From Sphagnum compactum (lineage: Eukaryota), in the NCBI GenBank assembly GCA_965153455.1, contig OZ234493.1:4278001-4342000 (forward strand): a DNA stretch of 64,000 nucleotides. Direction: 5' to 3'. The position numbers and the translations under genes are program-made. Below the pieces are notes generated by a model. The model ran no database searches and was not told the DNA's origin. It saw nothing but the letters and a program-made list of their open reading frames with translations. Positions 11,974-26,424 of the stretch are shown in pieces. Numbering within the stretch: the stretch's first letter is position 1; the number at the start of each line of letters is the position of its first letter.

Positions 11974-14900
11974 ATAACAAATGTTGCACAAGACAAAATC
12001 ATTAAACTCAAACAACACACAACTTTATTTCAACTAATGCACATGACAAACCATACACACAGTTTTTATCAAATAATTTATTGTCAAAGACACGAAAGAA
12101 CACAAAAACAAAGGTTAAAGAAAAGGTTTAAATTTACCGTTCAAATAAGGAACAAAACAACATTATGTGATTCAAAAATAAAAACACAAGAATTACAAAC
12201 AAAAACATGACATGTGCAAAACAAATGTGAAAATAAAATTTTATTATGTTAACATATGCAAACATAAACATGAAAAGAACATGACTTGAGGCTATGGTGT
12301 TAGATCGTGTTTAATACTGGTGTTGAATATACTAAAGGAAATGAGGGGTCTTACTTTTATTTATACCCCTTTGGGGACTTAACTCAAAAAAACTTTCAAA
12401 GAGGTTTTTATGTGTCCATTGAGTAAAAAAGTTTCTTGAAAAATTTCCTAATTAAGAGTCGACTATAAGTTTATTGAAATTTAATTAAGATTTAATTAGG
12501 AATCAATTGAGAATTAATTACGGTTAACTAAAACTTAATTAAAAGTTAACTAATAATTAACTCGAAATTTAACTAGGACTTAACTCGAAATTGATTATGA
12601 GTTAATCAAGAGTTAACTCAAACTTAATTAAAAATTAATTAAAAATGAACAATAAATTAATAATAAGTTAACTAAAAATGAATTGAAACTAAACAAATAA
12701 ATGAATACAAGTTCAATACGAGTCATAGGTGAACATTCAAAAAAATGAACCCCATGGCATTAGCATCTATAACACCTATACATAACAATTTAATCAAAAG
12801 TGATTAAAACTAACAACCAACTTTCAAATGACAACACATAGCACAAACACAACATACCTAACATCAACAAAAAAAAACACAATAAAATAAATTCATATTT
12901 CCCAACCATGTTTAAAGACCATAAGATTATCCATAATCATGTTCATTTTATTGTTATAATATTGCAAAAAATAAAGAAAAAAAATTCCAATGCAAATACC
13001 TTAAAATTGATGTTGCACAACCAAAAACTCGTATATTTGATTTCATTTAGCCTTTACTTTAATTCCAAACACAAACCCACCATCAAAACATTTGTACATG
13101 AATAAACTAAATACATGCACATGAAATTTTTTAAATAATCAAAATGTAACGAATATAAATACATGCACAAATGAGAAAGAATATTACTTTAAAAGGCCTT
13201 GCTCCTCAATGAGCTTATTAAAATGAAAACATAGTTAGGTGGATACCATAGTTTAGATTATGAAATTTTTATTATTTTTTTGAACTATAGATGGGCCCAA
13301 ACATGAAAAAATGAACCAATTATGTTCATTGCACCAAAATTTTAAAAAGTAAGCAAAAAGTAATTTCGGCCAAGGGTGAAGGAAGAGAGACATGGTGTAT
13401 TTTAAATTTCAAAATAAAGTACAATTAAGTTTATAAGGGAGGTGAAGTCTCTCCCTAATGCTTAGAGGTTAAGTTGTTTATTCAAATAACCATTTTTTTT
13501 TATCATCTTCCTTCCTTCTTACATTCAATAACACATACATTTGAACAAAGATGGTGATAATGAAGGTTCATAAAACATCTTGTTGCCCACATGTTCATGG
13601 TGAATTGTAAACTTTTTGTTGCATATTTTTTTCAAGTTTGGACATGGTTGTTAACATGTGTTTAGTTTTAATACATTGTTGGAGGGACATTTGAATAGTG
13701 TTCTTTAGGTGCCAAAAAGATACAAATGACAAAATCTTCAATACCATACCAAGTGTATTTGAGCCTATGTGCTAAAGTAGTGTTCAAAAGTTGAAGGTTT
13801 TTCAAGTTAAAAGCTTCAAGGAATGTTAAAAAATTTGTATTTTATATCAAGCTTTCAAGTTTTTTGTGTGTTCATGTTCATGTAATGAATCTAGAGAATG
13901 ATTGATGTAATTGGAAAGGTGCAATGAAGGCACTTTGGTATTGTGTTTGTAGTTTGTTTCTTTTGCATTTTTTACACAATACCAATATGCATAATGCTTA
14001 TGAAATGTGAAGTCAAGAACCATTAACTCCATTTGATGGAAATATTTGAGAATTTCAATTTGTTTCAAAATGATATAGGCAAAAATTTGAATGGGCAAGT
14101 CAAAGTTTTGGTCATGCAAATTGGACCTTAAATGATTTTACGAACGATTTGAACTTCACTATTATAGGTATAAATCATTGTAAAGATATTATTTATCATC
14201 TTTCAAGAAGACTTGGTGTTTATGTTTGGTTCAAGAGACTCAATAGAATGAATGGAAGGTCAAAATGAATGATCACCCTTATGTACATGAATTTGCATCC
14301 TTGTAAAACCTCTATACGGGAGGTCTATGCACTCCCACTACCCAACAATGACTATTTGGCATTTTCTTGAAAGGTTGGCTAACATATTGGAATAAAAAGG
14401 TTGTCAATTAAACATGTTACACATTTGACACGACAAAGGAACAAATGAAAAGGGTCAAAAGGTCAATGCAACCATTAGTGTTAGCTTCAAAAGGGAACAT
14501 TGTTTTGATTTCTTATAAACACAATAGTTGAATTTCTCAAGATAATTTGAACTATGTTGAAAACAACATTTATTTTGTGATGGACAAACTTAAACATCTA
14601 AAAGTTTACCTTCCATAATAACTTTCAGTTGTGAAAGGTTTGTTAAAATTTGCTAAGGCCAAGGGAAAAAACATTTGTTCCATCCAAAGCAAAAATGCAA
14701 AAGGAAAAATGAAAGCTTAAAGGCCAAAGACTATTATTGATATCCAACTTGTTAGACTGAAAGAAGGAATGTGACAAGGATTTAAAGAAATTGATATTTT
14801 AGAACATATAATTATTTGATTTTTAGGACTTGAAGTGAATGTTTGTGGGGCTTCAAATCCACCCATTGGCCTTTAGTCTCAAGCAACATAAAAGCTTAAA

Positions 14901-16251
14901 AAGATAGAGCAAGATTAGGAGCTCCAACATTACATGATGAACTATTGTGCATGTCATGTTCAAGAAGGTGAAAAGGACTACAAGGTGGAATTTCAATAAT
15001 TGGCAAACATTTCTTTATAATTTGAAATTTTGGGCCATCAAATAAATCGTTGCAAGATATGGATCTAAGATCTTTTAGACCAAATCCACAAATTTAATGT
15101 CTAATGTGTTAAGAGTTAGCAATGCACCCCTCCCCATAAAAGGCCCTATCAACATACCAACATGGAGATCAAACATGATTGTGGTGATGGCTTGTCCTAT
15201 ATGTGATTTTCTTTATGAGGATAATGACATTGTAGTGACATCTATCGAATGAACTTATCATTTTTTTTTCCTTACAATATTTATATAATCAAAGTTTGAT
15301 GCATGTGCAAGGTTTACTTGTGGGAAGGTATTGTCCAACCTTTAGATCACCAATTTTGGGTTCAAGTATATTAAGGTTCCAATAAGGAAGATTAAGGTTG
15401 AGAAAGGATGTTCTTGAAGGCATGTTCATAATGCAACAAAAACAAATTAGGGTTCAACTTTAGTCGTATGTTGTAAAAAAATTGACCTTTTGTTTTGCCT
15501 TGTGAATTTGTAATCTTATCTTTCAACTCCATAGTACAATTGGTACACCCCTTTGAATAATATGTCCAAGTAGATACAACACTACCTTTTAATGAATCAT
15601 TTCAGGTAGTTTTCCCCTTGCTACACTACAATTTGGAAATGACCATTAAATTGTTTAATAATTGGAAGTACAAAACAACCCTACAACATCCAAGCCAAGG
15701 TGTAAATTAATAGAGTATTGTAGCCCAATTGTTCATGTGGTATAAATGTACCCACTAATAGAATGTGTTTTTGTAATTTCCAAAATAATGGCCAAATGCA
15801 AACATTTTGCAAGAAGGTCACTAAGTTTTTAAATGACCAATTATGCAAGTGTTGTGGGAAAAGGTGATCAATTAGATTTCACCACAAGTAAAGTATGCCA
15901 AAAATCATGAAGTAAACCTTACATCAGAGTTTTGAAAATCAAGTAGGTAGTTATCTATCAAGTATGTGTTAAGTAAATTTTGACAATAATTAAGGATTCA
16001 AGTACGAGTGAGATTCATGTTTCAACAAAAATAGAAATGATTAGTACGCATGTATTTACCAACTATTTATTGAATTAGAATTTTAACAAATAAAATGTTT
16101 GACTATTAATGAAATAATTATTAAAGTGAACTTATGAAGTAAGTTTAATAGGCAAGTATTTGTGTGATGAGTGTTTTAATGTAACAACAAATTAACCAAG
16201 TATGTTATGTATGCAACTACTAGTGAAGTAGATGTCAAAGTAGATTGTTTA

Positions 16252-16801
16252 TCTATCTATGAAGGGAAGGTACTTTGTTTTGTAGTTATGAAATCCACCA
16301 AACCGGGATGCTTCAGATCATGTTCTTGGTGTCTTTGGAAAGCTCTTGACAAGGAAGGGTGCATGGGCTTGGCTCCATGACATTTCGACTTGGGGTGCAA
16401 AAGTTTTTGAATATCGAATGATTTTTTCACTGAAAACTAATTAAATCATAGCTGAAAAATTCAAAAGAATTGGAATGTTTGGTGTTATTGGAAAGATCTT
16501 GTTGAATAGGATTTTATGGAATTTATTTGGTAAGATTTGGATTTAGAATGTGGGAGACATTGACTTTTAAGTGATTTTTGTTGGTGAAAATTCAAATAAA
16601 TTCCAAAAAACTAAGTTTTAGAAGGAAAAATCAGTTGAGAATGTGGTAACACTTGAAAGCTTCCTATTCAATTCAAGCATGATTTCCTTTCATCTTTGGA
16701 TTTTCAAAAACAATACATACATTACAAAACAATGTTCACATGTTGAGTTTCCCTATTTTGTAATTGGTTCACACTTGGGCCAATCGCACATGCCACACTA
16801 G
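16252..16801 (+). mobile_element. Non-autonomous Helitron-like element (550 bp)
   Basis: A|TC 5' end at 16251/16252 and CTAG|T 3' end at 16798-16802; GC-richer subterminal segment gggccaatcgcacatgcca; no TSD. Confidence 0.65.
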
Positions 16802-17995
16802 TTATAACTAAATAGTGACGCACTTTTGTAATGCATGTTCCAATAAAAACATAAACTAACCAAATATGTTAGTACTAACAAGTCGATGTTCAGTTGAAAG
16901 CATGTGAACACAAAATATGTGGCTCAAATATGGACCTAATGTTTTAGTGGACCTTAAAATAAACAAATATGCAAGTGAATGTCAACTCCATCTTCAATTA
17001 TGCTTAGATACAATGAACAAATTACACCATTAAAAAATAAATTGGACTCTTCTAGTAAACTTCCATGATTACAAAATAGTTGGAACCTTGTTCACACTAA
17101 ACTCATGGGTTCCAACCACAAAACAAATCTTGTGGAAAATTAATATTTTGAAATATATATTTAATAGTTATCATGTGTACTAGATTGGCACCCAACACTA
17201 TCAAAACTAATGAAGTCACACACATGAAAACATACACACAAATCACTTCATTAAATGGGGTAAAGGTCTTCTAACACCAATTGGCCAAATCTATGATTAA
17301 ATAAGACATAATTTGTACCAAAATAATTTATGAAAGGTATTTTCATTCAAAACATGATTAGATTTAAAAATTGCATGCAATGTGAACCCCATCATTAACT
17401 AGTTACTTAAATTGAATCCTTTATGTTAAAAGACAAACTCGTCCTTGGGTGGTACCACTAAGAATCACCTCAATGAATGGTTAAATAATTAAAAATGACC
17501 AAATAATGTTTTTTAAAAAAATTTGTTTTCACGACTATAAATTGTTTTTTCGCATGTTTTTCCATTATAAGCAAAAACATGCATGGCTTTAATTTTTCAT
17601 TGGAATCAAAAATGTGGAGATTGCTACAAAATTGTACTTTTAATTTTCAATGCCCTTTAAAAAGGCATGTTCATGAACTTTGGACATCTGTAATTAGATT
17701 ATACCTATTTAATTAATTTCTTAATACATAACACACCATAAAAAAAACACCTTAAAAACTCCCAAGAAATATCCCAAAACATGTTTCTAACTTATGTTTC
17801 TAGCCAAAAACATTCAAGGAAAGGAAACATTATTACATCCTAATTTTTTTTTCAATGCAATGATTCGAAACATCAAAATAAAAAATATAACTCAAATTGT
17901 TAAAGTTTCAAATTTCATACAACTATTAAATGTATTTAGCCAAATATTCTAATGAAAATCCTTATTGAAATATTTCCTTTTTTAAAAAGTTTGAT

Positions 17996-18560
17996 CACTA
18001 TGAAAAAGTTGGGGTTTGTAATGAGATTTTTGAATTATAATAGCCACTTGCAAGTCGAGGTATTTTTATAACATGAGTGTTATTATATAAGTTGTAGTAG
18101 TTGCATTGGACACATTAAGATCCTATGTGTAAATATATACTACAAAAAAATTTGCAAAGTTATGTGCAATCATTTTGTAACTAGCTATCCACAATAAATC
18201 TTCATGAAAAATGTTTGTAGATGAATAAAATGTTTGCATGGCTTTTCATTCATCCATTGACAAATGAAATTTGTTCATGTTTTTACCAACTAATATACAA
18301 CTACTTTGCAATTATTTTGCAACTTTCTATCCATGTCAATTTCTTGCACAAGTGCTCATGAACAAATGTGATGTTTACATGCTTTTTCATTCGTTCATCA
18401 ACAAATGAAATTTATTGATGTCCATTGTAATGAACTTGCAACTAATGCATTATTGAATTATTATCTTGTGACTAATGGATTTTGCCAATGGTACTATGTT
18501 ATAATTTAAATTCAAATAGTGTAATTCTAAATTACAACTTATCAATTTGTTGATGGAATT
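17996..18560 (+). mobile_element. Degenerate AT-rich dispersed element with CACTA-like end; related segments at ~39520-39712 (-) and ~27170-27430
   Basis: cactatgaaaaa...cacttgcaag...catgagtgtta...aagttgta...gttgca aligns with the reverse complement of 39560-39712; 27419-27430 reads cactagaagaaa on the minus strand. Confidence 0.5.
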
Positions 18561-19925
18561 ATTTTGCAACTAATGTTCATTTATGGATGGTATTAGGGCA
18601 AACCCATCCTTGGGTGGTATTACTCTCCACGAGATCTCTTTACCAACCGCGAGATTGGGACCAGCGTGCAGACAAGATACTTGCGCTTCAAGGGTATGTT
18701 GTACGAGAGCGAAAGCTACTTGTGTGACATCAGCTGCGTTCAGCTATAGAAAGCTTTGGCCCGATTTCGATGTGGTAACACGTAGCTTGAGGTAGTGCTA
18801 GGTGTGTGGGAGGGCGTGCCATTTTTTTTCATTTTTTCAGCAATAAAGGCCAAATAATTTATGTATTTAAAGAAAAAACCAATACCAAATGAAAGATAAA
18901 AAGATTTTATAATTGGGCATTGCATTATTTTTTCAGATTGTTTTGTTTAATAATGTTTTATGAACCACAAACATGAGGCCCTATGGCCGACGAAAAATTG
19001 CACATTGTATATGTTGTGTACATTGATCTTATTTAGTTCTCTTCATCTAACCATTGGATCAAGATTAATTTTGATTTAAAGTGAAATTTGAATTCCAAAA
19101 TGTCGTGCACATTCTAAGGTTTTTTTGCTTATGTATAGGATTGTCAAATGATGCCATTAGAATTTTAATTTATTATGTACTATGATATTAATTATACATC
19201 ACCTTTTTTGGTGAAAATTGGTTCATTCGTAGTGTGCTTTCACCCATTTATCCATTTATTAATGTTGCAACTAAATGACCACTACATATTTTTGGATTTC
19301 AAAAAGTCCATTATTATTAATGGACAAATTATTTATTAAAGATAATTTGGCAAAAATGTTCATAATCAAGTTGTTAGTTTCGATTCAAGTCCCAATTAAC
19401 ATATCCAAAGACATATTAATCATCATACACATTTGGGCAAAAGGTACCTAAAAAAAACATCATTTCATCACAAAAGTGGGCCGCCATACCTTGCATTTAC
19501 CCCACAAGCAAGTTTCATCCATTCTTTCCACATGTTTATTTCTTTCTTTGGATAAAATAAATAGGATATGTTAGGATAACATATAGATAAAACCCAATAT
19601 GAGTCCTACAATAACTTGCTTACTACCTACATTTAAGAATTGGAACCAGTCAAATGGGTCATAAAAGTAGTGGAACTGGTTCTTGTGACAATTTTTCACT
19701 CCCCAAGAACCATTGGACCAATTCTTGAGGTGATCTTGAACTCCCAAGAACCATTGGTTCAAGTTTTAAGAATCAAAACCAAAATTAGATGTTGAATTAG
19801 AATTGGGCAACATTGGTTATGACCCAAAAAAATTCAAGATTCAAATTGCAAAAATGATTATTGACCGTTATTTTGATATTTTGAAAGGCTAAAGACCATC
19901 AATTGAGGACTATGATATGACACTA

Positions 19926-20060
19926 GAAAGATCTTTTCAAGGGTAATAACTTTGCCTTTGAAAGCTTGTGAATTGGGGTCTATATGTGAGAGGCATATCA
20001 CATTGGGAAAATCTTTTCAAGGGTTATAACTTTGCCCTTGAAAGCTTGTGAATTGGGGTT
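19926..20060. repeat. Direct duplication, ~80-bp period
   Basis: gaaa.atcttttcaagggt.ataactttgcc.ttgaaagcttgtgaattggggt occurs twice. Confidence 0.85.
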
Positions 20061-21891
20061 TATATCGACCCTTAGAATGTGATGTTTCTTAAGGTTGTTC
20101 TTTCTTACTTGTTGATAACAATTTTAATGTCATATTTCCAATCAAACCCAACATTCCCCCATTTTCACATGAAGTAGTTACGAGGCAAAAAATGGTAGTT
20201 TCTAGCACCTTGAGGATTACCATTGTGATGGAATGATTCCTCCAATGTGGCATGAACCTTATAATTAATGATGAGTTTAACTTGTACCATCCTTTGCACC
20301 TTATTGTCCTCCTTGGGACGTACAACTACATCCTTGTTATGTACAACTACAATTAGCCATTGTTATATGAAAACATCATTGGTTTCCTTATCAAATTGTG
20401 CCAATTGCATGTACATGGTGCATGGAATGTCATTTTTTTTCCTTTTGGAAAATGTATGTCTTCTTCATCCAATCTCTTCAAATGCCCACATACTCCATTT
20501 CTAAAAGTTGAAAATTTTATTCCAATGAATCAAAAGTTGATGGATCACCAATGGTAGCAATATTGGCACCCAATGTTGGTTGGGAAATTTGTGATAGAAA
20601 ATAGATGTAGGATTCAATCGTGGATCCATGTGATTCACAACACTCAAACCCTTGGTGGATGAATTTATTGAAACTTGAAAACTAATGTTAGATTGATATG
20701 GATTTGGCATAGTCACCCACAACATTATTGCCCCTTCTTTGAAAGTTTCATGAATTCCATGCATTATGTTCAATATTAATCCATAACCTATAATTGTTTT
20801 TGAATAACAATTCATTTCATCTTTTAACTTTCATAGGTTTACAATTCATTTCCTTCAAATGTTGAGATAGGAACTCAAATGCCCACCAAGATTAAAAGTT
20901 AGGTTCTTTTACCTTGTGGTCCACATCTACATCTTCAAGTGTAACTTCCATTCTTGGAGTGAAATAGTGTTCACCCATCTAAAGAATTATATTTTCATAG
21001 ACCTAGGACCCCCCCATATTGTCTTCCATTTCCTTAAAAGAAACTCACAACAAATGTGAAAATTTTAAGAAAAATCTCCAATGAGCTTGCATTCCAAGTC
21101 ATCTTATTTATAACTTTGAATATGTCTTTTCAGGTATGGTGACATGTAGTACCACCTTTGAGTTTGCATGCATTATGCCCCTTAAGTCCTAACCCTATTC
21201 CTAATTTGCGTAGCCAATTTTGTTGGATTTATAGTGATTGTAATCCAAAATTAAAACTAGATAAAACATCAGACTGATCAAATAACTAGAGTGTGAAGTA
21301 AGCACACATATTCGCTGCAAGGTAGGTGAATGCTTGTGACAACGTTGTGATAATTTACTGACAACAGATAAATTGTGTCATACTACAGTGACAATTGTTG
21401 ACCTACTGATGGAATCAAGCCACTGCAATCTCATGTCCTCCCTTTGGAAAAGGATGACAACTTACACAAGCATACAAACACAACACCAGTAAAGAGCATG
21501 AGTGAAAAAAAGCAGTTTAAATCTGGACAACTTTATCAACATCTAAGCATTGCACACGAAGAGTTTCATGTGAAATCTACATAAGTTCTATGCCAAAAAC
21601 AGTTCATCCAGGCAGCTAAGAAGGAACCAACATCAAATACTAACTGTTGTTTGTCATGCATAGAAAAGCTTTGTAACCTCTTCCAGACAATGTTCTGCTA
21701 TTTGTAATGTCCAAACCCTCTGCTGCTCCATGATTGATACAAAATGCTCCCATCGCACAGCCCTTTCATGTCTGCATAACCAGTACTAATATGTCAATGC
21801 CAGCTCTAACTTTTGACCTGTCCTGAATGGGAGGTTGAGATAAAAGAGATCGAAAAATAAATGGAAAAACTGTATGGAGAAAGGCAAAACA

Positions 21892-24800
21892 TCATACTGA
21901 TGTCCTATAGGGAACGCCCCGATTTTTTGAGGATGATGATGTGTCAAAAGCTGTAACAGAGGAGGCCACTGTTGCAGGGGAGCCAGCCAGGCTTGCAGCC
22001 TGGCGTTGATAGAAGCTTGCTGCTGCAGCTGCTGCATTCTGCATTTCTGCCCAGCTGCCTGTTGTGGCCTGTGTGCCCATCAGTCCTGTTATTCCAAATG
22101 CACCAGCTGCTGCCTGCAAACACACAAACCCCTCAACTTCATGTATAAGCAAACCCACAGAAACTCAAATGAAAGTATATGTTTCAGAGCAACTGACAAT
22201 GAAGTGGGTGTGCTAGAAGGAAAACTATTGAAATTGATACTACCCAGAGCTTGCCTCATCGAGAGCCTCCATTGCCTCTGCTTGGGGTTATAAGGTTGCA
22301 GCACTGAGTTCTTTGATGATCATTCATCCCAGTATGTCCAGTGTAATGGAAATTAACATATAAGCTCACATGAGATTCTGGTATATCCACCTCACTTTAG
22401 CTGCAACAGTGCTAGAAGACAGGAAAAGCACCTGCTGCTGTAAGAGTAGGAGTTGGACAGCAGGATCCAATGCTTGTGCAATGCCAAAGCTTGATAACCC
22501 TCCAGTTGCCAGCAACATTTCACTGTACCACCCAAGAAAATATTCTTACTCAAGTCAAGGATAAGGAAACAGATGCAGCAAAAGAATTCCTTGGCTCCTA
22601 ATTGTACTACTCTGTCAATCAGAACTTGGTTTTAGTCCAGGGCTGCAATTTGAAGAGAAGCATGCTACTTTGTGCTGATTCACATTAAAACCAGGTTTGA
22701 AGTCTTAGTCCATATTTTAAAAACTCATGCAGCTTACACAATTACATAAATGTGTACCTTTTGGTTGCCCTGAACAATTCTATGTAGCGAGACCCAATGT
22801 TTTGGCGGTGACGCTCCATTCCACGCTGAGCTTCATCAGAAGATGTGAACTCCACAAATGCCTCACCAGTTGGACGATCTGTAGCTCCCATAACAATATG
22901 AATGCCATTGGGCATGATGTTAAGTCCATCAAAGAAATCCATTATCTCTCTCTGTGTAGCATTATATGGGAGACCCCGCATCTTGATGCAAACATGCTCT
23001 GATGTATCAGTTAAGCCTGGCAGCCCTGTGATGCCTCCCAACCCTGCTGCCTGCATAGCTGCTAAATTCATCCCTGTCAACCCCTGCACTCCAAATGCTC
23101 CCATCATCCCTGGAATCTGGAAGCACAAACATTCCACCACCACATTTGCATCAGCCATTTGCAGAAGAAAACTCACCCTCCCTTTTCACCCAAGGCCTTA
23201 TTTACCACATCTATTACAGTTCGATCTTGGACTCCCAGACATATATTCAAAACCATGGAGCACCTGGCTGACAGCACCAAACTGTGTGAAGCCCCCAACG
23301 CCAGAAAACATGCCATACATCCTTTGCTGAACTGCTGTCATCATTTCTCCTTTTGTGCTCCGAAAAAGTTCCACATAACGCTGCCAATCCCAAGCAACTA
23401 AACATCACAAACCTAGGCACAGTCTGTGTTCTGTACCTTGATAGCCAACACATAAATACAGAAAACAAAATGCAGGATCAGCATCTGTGCAACTGTTTCT
23501 GGGCAAAACAACAGACCGATCCCATGGGTTCTCTGTGCAACTGCATAGCCCGTGCAGCAGTTTCTTCATTCGTGAACTCCACAAATGCCTACACCACAAA
23601 CACCACAGTCAAACTGCTAATAAGAAGGGCTGCCAACACAACATTTCTTGAGGACTCAATATAGAAGCTTAGCAAATGGTGAGCCAAATGTGTTCTCCAA
23701 ACTGACCTCGCCCGTAGGACGGCCATCTGCATGGCTGCAAAGAAAGATGCCATCAGCAACAACCTGCATCCCTTTGAAGAAGGCTGTGATGTCTGCAGAG
23801 GTACAGCTGCTCACATCAAACACACAAGGCTGGGTCAAATCAGCAAATGAGGGAGCCGAACAGGTTCAGACATAGATCCTTCAAAACAATTGCTGACCTG
23901 TAAGGCATCCCCCGCATGCGCACCACACCAGTGTAACGCATGTCCGGATTTCCAGACATTCCAGGGATTCCTGTGTTGAGGATCCCAGTCACAGCAGCAG
24001 TCACACTACTCCCAGTCCCAGTCCCCGTCCCCGTCACCACCCCCGTCACAGACCCACTGGAAGTCCCACTACCTCGACCAACCATCCGCAATGCTCCCTA
24101 CAATTAGATGTGCCATACTCAGAGACATGCATAAAATCTGCACTAAAGCCATCACAAGAGAACTCAAGAAACATGTCAGGAAACCTTAGCTTTCAAGCCT
24201 TCAGAGGGGCACATGGATAGGCAGTGTGAATGAGCATTGCTCATATTCATAAAAGAAACATTCAACTATTCAAGGGAGAATACACAAAAACACAATACCA
24301 CACCATAACTTGTGTCCTGCAGTGAAAACATGGTCTCACCTTGCAGGCTCCAAACACATACCTGCATGTCTGCTGGATGTCCTTTGAAGACCTCAATATA
24401 GCGGCTTCCAATGTGTTGCCTGCATGTTAAAAAAGAGAGCAAATTTTCGTCACAAAGATTCAACATAACTTTTTAAGAAGAGCTTGTAAAAGCACTGACA
24501 AACTTTTCAAAACCATCAAAATTGAGTGAAATGATATGGCTTTCCCACCTATTCCTGTCCAAGGCTTTGTTTGCTAATTCTGCAGTTGCAAACTGAACAT
24601 ATGCCTGCCCAGTTGACCTCCCTGTACAAAATTCCCACAGGTGTCTGAAAACCACTTCCATACTTGGCCAACAACATTTACTGTGCATATATTCAGACAA
24701 ATCACGAGCATTGCCTTCCAAGCTGCTCTTGAGCCGACAATAATTTTCAGGTGGATAATGCAACTTCAAGGATACAACAAACTACTAAACCAACTGACCC

Positions 24801-25275
24801 CATTTCCAATCCTTCGAAAAAATCACCTGACAAAAAAAATTCAGGTATATGATGTACCTTGAAAGTTGACACAAACTACTACCCCATCTGGTCCTTTTTC
24901 CAACCCTTTAAAAAAATCAGCAATATCTGCCTCTGAGGCACTGAAGGGAAGTCCCCGTAGCCTGACGACATTGCTTCGTTTCCTGAATGCACCCAAACAA
25001 ACCCAAAAAAAAGCATCACTGAAGAGCAGGGGATTGCGGGGCTCAAAAAACACGAGGAAGCGCTAGATTCTATCTCCCAAGGCGAGAAGATGTTCAGAAG
25101 CTTTTAAGAAAACGTCTTGAGTATTCCATTAGCACCACCCTAGACAAAACAAAGAGAGAAGAAGAGAGGCCCTTATTCCACAGAAGCCCCGCCCCTGAAC
25201 ATCCTGAACCAGCCCCAACACTCACAATTCATCATCGAGAGCACTTCCTCCCACAAGCCCTCCTATGCCCGCCAT
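21892..25275 (-). CDS. hnRNP F/H / GRSF1 / ESRP-like RNA-binding protein with three quasi-RRMs (~488 aa)
   Basis: Exons 25275-25226, 24982-24858, 24621-24549, 24419-24362, 24097-23898, 23806-23707, 23588-23517, 23380-23264, 23116-22758, 22522-22432, 22113-21892 join in frame. Three qRRM signatures: VVRLRGLPF..GQAYVQF..IGSRYIEVF; VVRMRGMPY..GRPTGEAFVEF..MGSRYVELF; IKMRGLPY..RPTGEAFVEF..IGSRYIELF. Confidence 0.92.
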
Positions 25276-26424
25276 GCCTGGGACTAAAACCTCTGACCTG
25301 CTGCAACGCCACAAGTAAATAAATCACCACAAGCAAGCCACCCACAAGACAAACGCCATTCCTCTCAATCCTTCCAATCAACCCTTTACCAAGCCTCGCC
25401 AAAATCCTTTCAATCACGACACATCTTTTGTGGGTCAGCTTTCATCTCCACGACACATATCTATCCCTTCCCGTGTCACTTACATCGGGCGCCCTCGTAG
25501 TAGTGTTCATGCTTCCAAAACACCGCAAACCAGACATTGCAAACGGAGTGCCAGTTTCACACAATTCTGGCATCTTCTGTTTCCAAGGTACTACCCCAAC
25601 CTACCTTCCAAACCCTGAAGAAAGCAACAAGCCCAAAACACAATGCACTTCCCCCAACACCCCCCAACACAGAAAATTGGTGAACTGAATGGACAGCTTA
25701 AGTCCGTTCCTTCATCACCAAACCTACAGATTTTACAGAACTTAGTGTCTGTCGCCCCTTGAGCGGCTACAAAATTAGGGTGTGGAGATCATCAAGCTCC
25801 ATAAGAAACCACAATTGAACCCTAATCGTCGCCTCTACCGCAAGAAAACCACAACACAAGACAGACAGAGAGAGTCTCAAGGCTCTTGATATACAGACCC
25901 AACAAACAAACGTACCCAAGAAAATATGCGGATCGGAGGTTGAGAGATCACCAACTCTTGTGTCGTTTGTTGGAGCGCGCCTGTTGTTGGTTGCGTTCTT
26001 GGGGGTCGGTGTGACGCAGAAGATGAAGACGAACGAACAAGCGTCGACAGTGAGAACCGAGAACCGGGCGCCCGCGGGAGTCGCGTCCCCTTCGCCAACG
26101 ATTCGCTTTATGGGTCCGTTACCCGTGGGGCAGTAGGCATCACCGGGGGTTGGGCTGTTATGTCGGGTTGGACAGTTATAACGGCCCGCTTAAACATCGG
26201 GTGGTCTGTCTGTAAATCATCGTCACCCCATGTCAAACTTTCCGCTAACCTGCCACCCGCCGGTTTTGAAACCCTGGTGGGTAACACTGAGCAAACTTAC
26301 CCGCCAGTTCCCATACAAACTTGCGAACCTTTTTATGTAGACAGCTCTGCAATGCCACCAAAGAACCTCCAACAAACCTCAACTGCTTTGCAAACTTGAT
26401 CACCCTTTTGCGTTATAAGAGCGA

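Noticed and set aside
20089-21100. Short ORFs in AT-rich DNA
   Set aside because: Stop-ridden with no recognisable domain; probably decayed TE sequence but not assignable
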